From Chlamydiales bacterium (GTDB lineage: Bacteria; Chlamydiota; Chlamydiia; Chlamydiales; JBDQID01): a DNA stretch of 18,373 bases. Both the position numbers and the translations under genes were made by a program. Of this stretch, positions 1-7,905 are shown one piece after another (the stretch's first letter is position 1; the number at the start of each line of letters is the position of its first letter). The notes below the pieces were generated by a model, which ran no database searches, had not been told where the DNA came from, and saw only the letters and a program-made list of their open reading frames with translations. Location of the stretch: NCBI GenBank assembly GCA_047611865.1, contig JBLFWS010000057.1, forward strand, positions 1-18,373, given 5' to 3'.

Positions 1-288
1 TGGTCTTTTTTTTTGCTTTGTTAAAATAATTTATAGGTGTTTTGTGCATAAATAGTTGGATTATCAAGCATATGGAAACTTAAAAGAGATGAGAGAGGCT
101 GGCGCAAAGAATTTCTAAAGACTACGGATTTCAAAGAAAATAAAAACTATGTTGGCACAATCAAATACTTTCTGATTGATTATAAACAAAATACATCCAA
201 GCGGTTTTGTAAAAAGAAGAAGTTATCCACCTAAGGATTATCATAATCGGTCAAATTACTAGAAAGTTATGAGTTATTATAAGGAAAA

Positions 289-972
289 CTAGGCTTCACT
301 TTCCAAATAGTTCTCGATACCTTTTGCGACACCCCAAGCTATTCGGTTAAGGTATTTTGGATCTTTAAGTTTAATCATTTCGTTTTTATTAGTTAGAAAA
401 CCACCCTCGACCAGGATAGAAGGTATATTAGTGTTCCTAATAACGTGAAAGTTGCCTGATTTTATGCCTCTTGAAGGAGCATGAGTGGATTTGATGATGT
501 CTTTCAAGACAGCACTAGCTAGCTTCTTTGAAGCTTTGGATCTTTCCTGATCTCCCGAACTATTTGGTTGGTAGAAAAATACCTCAACACCTTCAGCTTT
601 GCGATTCGCAGCTGCATTGTAATGGATACTGACAAAGAGAGTATTGCGTGGCTTATTTGCTATTTTAGCTCGGTTTTCCAAAGGGATGAAAACATCCCTT
701 CGACGAGTCATGATAACACGATATCCGAGGTTTTCTAAATGGTCTTTCACCATCATCGCAGTAGCAAGTGTTAGATGTTTTTCTTGGTATTTGTACATCT
801 GAGATTGGGTACCTTGATCATGTCCACCATGGCCGGCATCAATAATGATGATGGGAAAAGCTTTACCTTTAGTCCGAGACCAGGGTTTGGACTGAGAGCT
901 ATTCCGATTAGCATGAGAACATGAGGAAACGAGTAAAGTTAAAAGAACTAATGTAAGATGTAAAAAGCGCAT
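289..972 (-). CDS. amiA: N-acetylmuramoyl-L-alanine amidase (Amidase_3 family), probable lipoprotein or secreted protein
   Basis: Motifs IIDAGHGG, QEK, FVSIHYNA and LVEGGFLTN (Zn ligands H/E/H plus catalytic E). Hydrophobic N-terminus ends in a lipobox-like LVSSC. Lies directly downstream of murE. Confidence 0.93.
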   Translation of the reverse strand: MRFLHLTLVLLTLLVSSCSHANRNSSQSKPWSRTKGKAFPIIIIDAGHGGHDQGTQSQMYKYQEKHLTLATAMMVKDHLENLGYRVIMTRRRDVFIPLENRAKIANKPRNTLFVSIHYNAAANRKAEGVEVFFYQPNSSGDQERSKASKKLASAVLKDIIKSTHAPSRGIKSGNFHVIRNTNIPSILVEGGFLTNKNEMIKLKDPKYLNRIAWGVAKGIENYLESEA

Positions 973-1015
973 GTTATAAACAAAATATTTGATAGGGGAT
1001 GGTCTGATTCAAATT

Positions 1016-2530
1016 CTATAAAGTAGCCGTGTGTGAGTCTGTCAGGCCTAGAGATTTTTGTATACATAATTTCGATGCTATTTCACGGTCGTTAAACGGG
1101 ACTGTCTTTCTTGCAAATACCTGATAGGTTTCATGACCTTTCCCCGCTATGAGGATTGTGTCATGAGGAGATGCCAGATCAATGGCAAGCTCAATGGCCT
1201 TCTTACGATCAATTTCCATAATAAATTTAGATTTGTCAATAAACCCTTCTAAAATATCCTGGCATATTGATAAGGGATTTTCTGAACGCGGATTATCGGA
1301 AGTCACAATAGAGACATCAGAAAGTTTTTCAACTATAGCACCCATCTCGGATCTTTTTCCTGAATCACGATCTCCACCGCAACCAAAAACAGTGAAAATA
1401 CGTCCTATAGAACATTCACGCAGACTTTTTAGGACATTTTCAAGGGCGTTTGGGGTATGAGCATAATCAACGTAGATGTGGATATTCAAATCGTTGGATA
1501 GATAATCAAGTCTTCCGCAAACGGGTTGAAATTTTGTAAGAGGCTCACTTAGGTCGGTTAATGTAGCACCGGCTAATAGGCTGCAGGAGATAGCGGCAAG
1601 ATTGTTGTAGATATTATGGCGTCCAATAAGAGGCGTGAAAAAACTTATGGTTTTACCAAGGTAATGGACGTCAAAGTGGCTCCCTGATGAAGATAGGGCG
1701 AGCTTACTGGCTTGCAGGTCAGATGGATTGTCAATGCCATAACTTAGACGATTTCCTTTGTAATTTGATAGCAAGGTTGGAGTCCAAGGACAATCGTTGT
1801 TGATCACGGCTATGGGGAAAGGAGGGGTTTTCTCTTTTCGACTATAAGAATCCAAAGAAGTGAAAAGTTTTGACTTTGCTAAGCAATACTCTTCCATTGT
1901 GCGATGGTAATCAAGATGATCCTGTGAAAGGTTGGTAAATAGAGCTATATCAAAGTTAATATGTTCTACTCTATTTTGAACCAGGGCGTGAGAAGAGACT
2001 TCCATTACAGCAGAATTACAATTATGGCGGATCATGTCGCTGAGCAATTTGTGGTTTGTAACAACATCAGGGGTTGTTCTTGTAGCTAGGTAGTGTTGAG
2101 ATCCAATAAGGTACTCAATACTTCCAATAAGTCCACAGGGTTTGTTCATGTGGTCAAAAAGATGTTTTATGAGATAGGCACAAGTTGTCTTTCCGTTTGT
2201 TCCGGTTATTCCGACAGTAAGTAATTTCTCAGAGGGATTGTCAAAATAAATAGCAGCTAGAAGGCCTTCGATGCCTTCTACGTCAGGATGTACTATCTGG
2301 ATAGTATTTTTAATAAGTGGATCGAAAAGATCTGTTAAAATAGCCACAGCCCCTCTCGTAATAGCTTCAGGTGTGTATTTATTGCCATTATGTGTTTTCC
2401 CATTTTTGGCAATGAATAGATCCCCGGGAGTGATAAGTTTGGAGTTAGAACAAATCCCAGAAATACTGATGTCTTTCGGACCTCTAAAAGTGGCTTCAGG
2501 TATGTCATTAAAAAGTATTTTAAGTTTCAT
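1016..2530 (-). CDS. murE: UDP-N-acetylmuramoyl-L-alanyl-D-glutamate--2,6-diaminopimelate ligase
   Basis: Motifs GITGTNGKTT (P-loop), MEVSSHAL, DHLDYH, DYAHTP, GCGGDRD, TSDNPR (meso-DAP specificity motif) and AGKGHE. Start moved from 2662 to the ATG at 2530 (MKLKIL...), which removes a 116-nt overlap with ftsI. Confidence 0.95.
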   Translation of the reverse strand: MKLKILFNDIPEATFRGPKDISISGICSNSKLITPGDLFIAKNGKTHNGNKYTPEAITRGAVAILTDLFDPLIKNTIQIVHPDVEGIEGLLAAIYFDNPSEKLLTVGITGTNGKTTCAYLIKHLFDHMNKPCGLIGSIEYLIGSQHYLATRTTPDVVTNHKLLSDMIRHNCNSAVMEVSSHALVQNRVEHINFDIALFTNLSQDHLDYHRTMEEYCLAKSKLFTSLDSYSRKEKTPPFPIAVINNDCPWTPTLLSNYKGNRLSYGIDNPSDLQASKLALSSSGSHFDVHYLGKTISFFTPLIGRHNIYNNLAAISCSLLAGATLTDLSEPLTKFQPVCGRLDYLSNDLNIHIYVDYAHTPNALENVLKSLRECSIGRIFTVFGCGGDRDSGKRSEMGAIVEKLSDVSIVTSDNPRSENPLSICQDILEGFIDKSKFIMEIDRKKAIELAIDLASPHDTILIAGKGHETYQVFARKTVPFNDREIASKLCIQKSLGLTDSHTATL

Positions 2531-2546
2531 GAGAGATTCTGCTTGC

Positions 2547-4574
2547 TTATTGTTTAACGTTCCATTGGTCGTAGGTATTCTTAAGTTCAGTGACTTCCAT
2601 AGCCCAATCAGATTTTGAACTATCTCTTCTGGGATCGCCGTGGGGATAGCCGTATGGATCATCAGGTGTTATTCCAAGGTATTCCAAAGAGCGCCTGGCT
2701 ATATTACTAAATACTGGTGCTGCACATTGACCCCCTTGATAGTTCTTTCCAATACCTGGAATAAAAATAGCTTCTGGTTCATCAATGGCTACAAGTAGGG
2801 TAAATCTAGGGTTTGCTGCAGGAGTGAAACCGATAAAGGTTGAAAAATAATGATTGTTTGAATAAACGCCGTTTACAATTTTCTTAGCTGTTCCTGTTTT
2901 TCCAGCTTCTGTATATCCACTGATGTTCCCTTTTGGGGCAGTTCCACCAAATTTGGTAACAAATTTCATTGCTTTGAGTACTTCCTCAACGATCTTTTTG
3001 TCCAGAACCCGTGGGAAATTCATTATTCTTTCTTGTCGGGTATTGTCAAGAAGAATTTCTTGCGTGCCGTTGGAACGAGGTTGTATGATCTTTCGAATGA
3101 GGGTAGGCTCGACTAGAATTCCACCATTTGCAAGGGTTGCAAAAGCTCGTAGCATTTGTGTGCTATTAACTTGAATGTTGTGACCAATACCAAGAGAATA
3201 TGGCGTGGGTAAGGACCACTCAAGTCTTCCATTAGGGTGTAATTTTCCGGGAGTTGGGACTTGACCAGCGCTTTCAGCAGGCAACTCAATATTCGTTAGT
3301 TCTCCAAAACCAAATTTTTCTACTAAAGTATTCCGATACCATTTTGGATCGAAATTATTCATAAGTCGTTTTATTAACATACCTAAGTATATATTCGAAG
3401 ATTTCTGAAGAGCCATGGACATATTTAGATAGTGATGGACGCGACCGTCAGCAAGAGGCCTATTTCGTCCAGGAAAGTGGCCGTTATCCGAAGGGATCAT
3501 TTCATTGGGTAGGAATAAAGGTTCTTTTTTTTCTTTAAGGAGATCTTGGTTAGCTAAAAGGCAAATCGCAAGGGTAAGGGGTTTCATTGTAGAGGCGGGT
3601 TCGTAGGCATCAGTGACACCTTTGGGCTTCGTATATTCAATTAGGGATGGATTGTTATAGTAATCCTGGTACTTTTGTGGGTAATAGAAAGGATACTGGG
3701 CCATGGCTAGAATTTCCCCGGTATGTTGATCCATCATCATTGCCCAACCACTTTTTGCGCGGGAATTTTTAACACCCTTTTCTATTTCTTCTTCTGCGAT
3801 AGTTTGTAAATAGTGATTAATTGTGAGATATATGTCAGCTCCATCTTCAGGTGCGACGACGACATTACCCGTTTCTAGAGAGTGTCTGGGAGAACGCAAT
3901 AATTTTCGTTTTCCAAGCTTCCCTTTCAAAATATTATTGTATTGTAATTCTAATCCTCCGGTGGGTATGCCCTCTTTGGTAATAGGGTCTTTGGCATCTC
4001 GAATGGTATGAAGAACTTGCCCTAATAATTTTCCAAATGGGTATGACCTCTGGTAATCGTTAATAAAGAATAATGCATTTCTAGGGATTTTTCCTTTACT
4101 TGCAAAAGGGTTCCACCACTCAGCTATCAAATCCTTTGTTTCTCGATCTAACCACATCATAAGTTTGCGGTTTCGACTTCTACGTGAAAACTCTCCGCGA
4201 ATTTCATCCTGATCACCAGCACGTATATTTAATAATAGTATAAGTTTAGAGGCTATTTCTTCTCGGAAGTTTTCTGGTATGGATAGAGGGTCGATGTGTA
4301 AGTGAAATTTAGGAACATCAATTACAAAAGGCTGAATATTTTCAGGGTGACCCAATTTGACAGATGTATTCGATAAAAATCGACCTCGTTTGAATGGCTC
4401 TGTTATTTCAAACTCGTGTTGGCCTTGAGCTATTTTCGCCCAACGCTTTCCTTCTTTTATCTGGACTTTGAAAAACTGAATAATGAGCAGAGAAAAAAGA
4501 CCAAAGATAGCAAACGAGATAATAGATAGAAGTCGCATGTCTTGTCTTGATGGCTTAGAGCGTGGGCTTTTCAT
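2547..4574 (-). CDS. ftsI: Class B penicillin-binding protein PBP3/FtsI (cell-division transpeptidase)
   Basis: N-terminal TM anchor, R-Y-P-x-G and GGLE dimerisation-domain motifs, and transpeptidase motifs STMK (SxxK), SSN (SxN) and KTG. ATGA overlap with the upstream ftsL-like ORF. Confidence 0.93.
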   Translation of the reverse strand: MKSPRSKPSRQDMRLLSIISFAIFGLFSLLIIQFFKVQIKEGKRWAKIAQGQHEFEITEPFKRGRFLSNTSVKLGHPENIQPFVIDVPKFHLHIDPLSIPENFREEIASKLILLLNIRAGDQDEIRGEFSRRSRNRKLMMWLDRETKDLIAEWWNPFASKGKIPRNALFFINDYQRSYPFGKLLGQVLHTIRDAKDPITKEGIPTGGLELQYNNILKGKLGKRKLLRSPRHSLETGNVVVAPEDGADIYLTINHYLQTIAEEEIEKGVKNSRAKSGWAMMMDQHTGEILAMAQYPFYYPQKYQDYYNNPSLIEYTKPKGVTDAYEPASTMKPLTLAICLLANQDLLKEKKEPLFLPNEMIPSDNGHFPGRNRPLADGRVHHYLNMSMALQKSSNIYLGMLIKRLMNNFDPKWYRNTLVEKFGFGELTNIELPAESAGQVPTPGKLHPNGRLEWSLPTPYSLGIGHNIQVNSTQMLRAFATLANGGILVEPTLIRKIIQPRSNGTQEILLDNTRQERIMNFPRVLDKKIVEEVLKAMKFVTKFGGTAPKGNISGYTEAGKTGTAKKIVNGVYSNNHYFSTFIGFTPAANPRFTLLVAIDEPEAIFIPGIGKNYQGGQCAAPVFSNIARRSLEYLGITPDDPYGYPHGDPRRDSSKSDWAMEVTELKNTYDQWNVKQ

Positions 4575-4876
4575 TCGTCATGACTCTCCATACTCTTTCC
4601 GACAGGCAAGATGACGATGTCTTTTACGAGAGGGTGTTTTAGGTGCCCATATTCGGGATTTTGAGCTAGTTCCATGAGGTGTGCGGGGCTTTCAAATTGA
4701 TCTACTTCATACTGAAGTTTTGCAATCTCTTCTTTTATCGTTCGAACTTCTTTTGTTAGGGGAGGAATTTCTAATCTAAGCTCAGTGAGATGATTTTGTT
4801 TATCTACATATAAGTACAAATATACTCCAAATATGAAGATACATAGAAATAAACGTATGAGAAATCCTAAATTCAT
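4571..4876 (-). CDS. ftsL: FtsL-like cell division protein
   Basis: 101 aa with a single N-terminal TM helix followed by a Leu/Ile heptad coiled coil and ESPAHLMELA. Its stop overlaps the ftsI start, the canonical ftsL position. Confidence 0.75.
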   Translation of the reverse strand: MNLGFLIRLFLCIFIFGVYLYLYVDKQNHLTELRLEIPPLTKEVRTIKEEIAKLQYEVDQFESPAHLMELAQNPEYGHLKHPLVKDIVILPVGKSMESHDE

Positions 4877-4927
4877 TTTTAAATATCAAAATGGGTTTTA
4901 TGATATGTCACAAATCAATCCTTAACT

Positions 4928-5093
4928 TAGGCCGTGTATTAAAATTAGGAAATGCTGATTTTGAGGGCATTTTTTTGTGATTTTGAATTGTATGAGGCTC
5001 TCCATACTTAGATAAGTAGGTGAGCCTCATACAATTCAAAAGTACTGAAAAAGGCTCCAAAAGCAGCGTTTCGTAATTCTAATACACGACCTA
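4928..5093. repeat. 166-bp palindromic element (MITE/RPE-like)
   Basis: Outer arms 4928-4963 and 5058-5093 are inverted repeats matching 31/36. Inner arms 4981-5000 and 5022-5041 match 20/20, with an apical TACTTA/TAAGTA stem. Ends read TAGG...CCTA. Confidence 0.85.
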
Positions 5094-5184
5094 CACATTG
5101 TGCATGAAATCTAAAAGAAAAATGTAACAGAAATAGAAGGATTTTACAAGAGATCTAGAGAATTCCTCCGCTGGTCAAGAAAGA

Positions 5185-6207
5185 TTAGGGATTTTGAAAG
5201 TCATGGAGAGTGTGCTTGATTTTTTTAACGAGCCCTTGGCGGACAGCGTGACAAGCTCCCATTATTCCGCTGAGTAGAGCATCCTGGTTTGAGTAGCCAT
5301 GACATTTAACTACAACTCCCTCTATTCCACAAAGAATAGCTCCAGGATATTGGGCGTAGTCTAGATCTATTGCAAGATTTTCTAGAGTAGATGTAAGTCG
5401 TTTTGGTGGATTAGGACCAAGGCCATTAAGCAATTTGTCGAAAATAAATGCTGAGATTCCTTCCGATGTTTTAATGAAAATATTACCTGTAAAACCATCT
5501 GTGACTAAAACATCTACTTTCCCACAAAAAACATCATGACTTTCAATGTTACCGCAAAAAGTGAAGCTTTTTTTAAAATCAGGGTCACTCTCTTCTAGCT
5601 CTTGGTAGGCACGGCGAATAGATTCAGTGCCTTTCATAGCTTCTGAACCAATATTTAGAAAACCAACTCTAGGGATGTCTACATTGCAGCAACATTGTTG
5701 ATAAGCGATTCCCATTTGAGCAAATTGAATCAGATTTTCCCACTTGCAGAGTATATTGGCTCCGACATCTAGAACGCAAACAGGTGAATCTTTGCTTGGA
5801 ATTGTTGCCAGAAGGGCTGGCCTTGTAATACCAGGGAGTGTGGGTAGAGAAATGGTAGCTTGAGCGATTAAGGCTCCAGTATTCCCAGTTGTGACAAAAG
5901 CATCCACTTTGCCCTCTTTTAAAAGGCTGATACCTTTAGCCATGGTGGAGTCTTTTTTCCTTCGAGTGGCCAAAAGAGGGTTTTCATCCGGAGATACGAC
6001 ACTGCTTGCTGAAATAAATTGAATCTTTGCGGAGTCAATATCAGAAATTGAGGATAGATATGTGCTTGATAGCTGTTCGATGATTTCGGGTAAAGCAATC
6101 GCTATTAAAACATCATCGGGAGCTAGACGTCTAACGGCTTCCAACAAAGCTTTAAATAGAACTTGGGGAGCATGTTCGCTCCCCATTAAATCGATAGCAA
6201 CCCGCAA
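5185..6207 (-). CDS. plsX: Phosphate acyltransferase PlsX
   Basis: Motifs AIDLMGSE, GNTGA, RPAL, LDVGAN, LNIGSE, VTDGFTGN and VKCHG. TTG start, directly downstream of rpmF. Confidence 0.95.
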   Translation of the reverse strand: MRVAIDLMGSEHAPQVLFKALLEAVRRLAPDDVLIAIALPEIIEQLSSTYLSSISDIDSAKIQFISASSVVSPDENPLLATRRKKDSTMAKGISLLKEGKVDAFVTTGNTGALIAQATISLPTLPGITRPALLATIPSKDSPVCVLDVGANILCKWENLIQFAQMGIAYQQCCCNVDIPRVGFLNIGSEAMKGTESIRRAYQELEESDPDFKKSFTFCGNIESHDVFCGKVDVLVTDGFTGNIFIKTSEGISAFIFDKLLNGLGPNPPKRLTSTLENLAIDLDYAQYPGAILCGIEGVVVKCHGYSNQDALLSGIMGACHAVRQGLVKKIKHTLHDFQNP

Positions 6208-6229
6208 ATTGCACCTACCAGGAAGGAAT

Positions 6230-6418
6230 TTACTCTTCGTTATTTTCCAGTTCTACTACAGCGCGTCCATTGTAAAAACCACAAGAGTTGCACAACACGT
6301 GAGGCAACTTCTGCTCTCCACAATTAGAGCAAGAGGACGTGGATATTGGGGTTTTTGCATCGTGAGCACGTCGAGTGTTCTTACGACTATTTGATGTACG
6401 ATTACGTGGGACAGCCAT
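6230..6418 (-). CDS. rpmF: 50S ribosomal protein L32 (Zn-ribbon, CxxC-containing form)
   Basis: MAVPRNRTS...RRAH...CSNC...PHVLCNSCGFY. Ribosome-binding site AGGAG lies upstream on the minus strand. Confidence 0.96.
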   Translation of the reverse strand: MAVPRNRTSNSRKNTRRAHDAKTPISTSSCSNCGEQKLPHVLCNSCGFYNGRAVVELENNEE

Positions 6419-6445
6419 TCTGTCGCTCCTAATTTACTTTGTGTT

Positions 6446-6943
6446 TTAATTTAATTCTATATTTAGGTCGCTGAAAGGGTGGTAAGCATCATGGCTTGCA
6501 TCCATTTTTTGCGAGTCCTGGGCCTTTGCAAAATATTTTACTATATCTTCTCGGTCAGGACATTTTCCATCTTGACATTCTACCACAGATGGGACTTCCA
6601 GTAAAATGGCATCTCTCAAAACATTACGGAAATCGAAAATTCCGGTTCTAATTTCTGAGGTATCCTCTGCATGGTAGTGCCCCTTTACTCTTATTGTATA
6701 GGAACAAGCTTTGTTACAGATCGCACAGGGTTGTAAGGTAGTGGTTTTAACGCCGAAATGTAATACTAAGGTGTCGTCTGCTAGATAGGTCTCGCCTGTA
6801 ACTTCTACTGTTCCAGAGAAAGAGAGTTCCTGATCCTTGACTTCTAGAAAATCTGTAGAAAAAGAGCCGTCGAGCTTTTCTGTTTTTCCGTCCTTTAGAC
6901 GGTCAATATAAATTCTGAATTCTTCCAAGGTTACCTCGCTCAT
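6446..6943 (-). CDS. DUF177/YceD-family metal-binding protein
   Basis: CxxC (CAIC) plus C-terminal ILLEVP...C...CP pattern. Occupies the conserved position upstream of rpmF-plsX. Confidence 0.8.
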   Translation of the reverse strand: MSEVTLEEFRIYIDRLKDGKTEKLDGSFSTDFLEVKDQELSFSGTVEVTGETYLADDTLVLHFGVKTTTLQPCAICNKACSYTIRVKGHYHAEDTSEIRTGIFDFRNVLRDAILLEVPSVVECQDGKCPDREDIVKYFAKAQDSQKMDASHDAYHPFSDLNIELN

Positions 6944-7160
6944 TTATAACGGAATACATCAACTCTACGGCAATTTAAGTTTTACTAATTTAAAGGAAAT
7001 TAGCTTTTAATGCTAGTTGTTTTTAAGAAGGCAAATCGACTCTTAATCTAAACTAGAGGGGGTATTTCCTCTGAATGAGCATTAAGCCTGTAAAACTCCT
7101 CCCAATATTTCTAGTTATTTCAGATTAATAATGTTTTTAAAAAAATATATACGTACATCC

Positions 7161-7190
7161 TTGGCATTTAGATGTTTAAAGCTGTATCCT
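7161..7190 (+). promoter_or_regulatory. Possible sigma70/sigma66-type promoter for the 7273 ORF and kinase
   Basis: TTGGCA (7161-7166), 18-nt spacer, TATCCT (7185-7190), preceded by an A/T-rich tract. Motif match only. Confidence 0.3.
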
Positions 7191-7272
7191 CTAATGTGAC
7201 TTCCTTCCATACCGATATTTTATGGTGGAGTGACCATGGACTAGTGAGTACTAGAAGGGGAGTGTTGTATCT

Positions 7273-7872
7273 ATGATTAAGGAAAATAAACCGGAATTTG
7301 AAAGACCTGAAAGTTTTGTGACTTCAGGAGATAAGGTTGTTATTTGGGTTGTCTTGCTTCTGGCACTGACCTGTACAGTTGGGATTCTTAATCCATTTTC
7401 CTATTTTAGCAAATTTTTTAACACGGCTCTTCTTCAGGCTATTCCGCTGAATGTAGCCCTGGTACTCTTTGTTATCCCAATTTTCATGTATTACAGCATA
7501 GAAACAATGGAAAAATGTTATTTTAGAGAGCTTCTTCTTCAAAAGGGAAGAAGGAGAGAATTATTTAAGAAGAAGCAAAAAGTGACTATAACAGCTCGTT
7601 ATCGAGAATTTAATGACGATACGAAATGGGAATTATCTAATAGGAGTCTATTTGGATGGACAAATGCCAAATTTTTAATTGAAAGAGTGCATCAAGGGAA
7701 AATGGAAACAGAAAAGCATGATTTAAGAGATGTTCCAATGATGCAAAGAGTATCAATAGTCTCTAAATTAACCTGTTTTCCAGGGGCTAAATGGAGGGTA
7801 ATGGTTCTTGCTGAAGAAGGCCATTGTATAGAATACCCAGAGCGACAGGAAGTAACGGAATACCAAGCGTAA
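7273..7872 (+). CDS. Hypothetical membrane protein with two closely spaced TM helices and a soluble C-terminal domain
   Basis: 199-aa ORF with a purine-rich RBS (AAGGGGAG) upstream. Hydrophobic segments at about aa 22-40 and 53-74 are followed by a basic patch. No family recognised. Confidence 0.75.
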   Translation: MIKENKPEFERPESFVTSGDKVVIWVVLLLALTCTVGILNPFSYFSKFFNTALLQAIPLNVALVLFVIPIFMYYSIETMEKCYFRELLLQKGRRRELFKKKQKVTITARYREFNDDTKWELSNRSLFGWTNAKFLIERVHQGKMETEKHDLRDVPMMQRVSIVSKLTCFPGAKWRVMVLAEEGHCIEYPERQEVTEYQA

Positions 7873-7905
7873 TTTTGTGTAATAGATAAGGATGAAAACA
7901 TTCGA

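Noticed and set aside
868..897. SxxK motifs (SQSK, SRTK) in AmiA suggesting the carboxypeptidase side activity reported for chlamydial AmiA
   Set aside because: They fall in the Ser/Lys-rich N-terminal linker, where chance matches are expected. They cannot be supported without an alignment.
2531..2662. 44-aa N-terminal extension of MurE in the ORF track
   Set aside because: It overlaps the 3' end of ftsI by 116 nt and has no MurE-like character. The ATG at 2530 gives a normal N-terminus.
1182..4011. Plus-strand ORFs 1182-1460, 2271-2618, 2923-3174 and 3823-4011
   Set aside because: Antisense shadows of murE and ftsI with no recognisable motifs.
6062..6394. 110-aa plus-strand ORF
   Set aside because: Antisense to plsX and rpmF, both of which are strongly supported.
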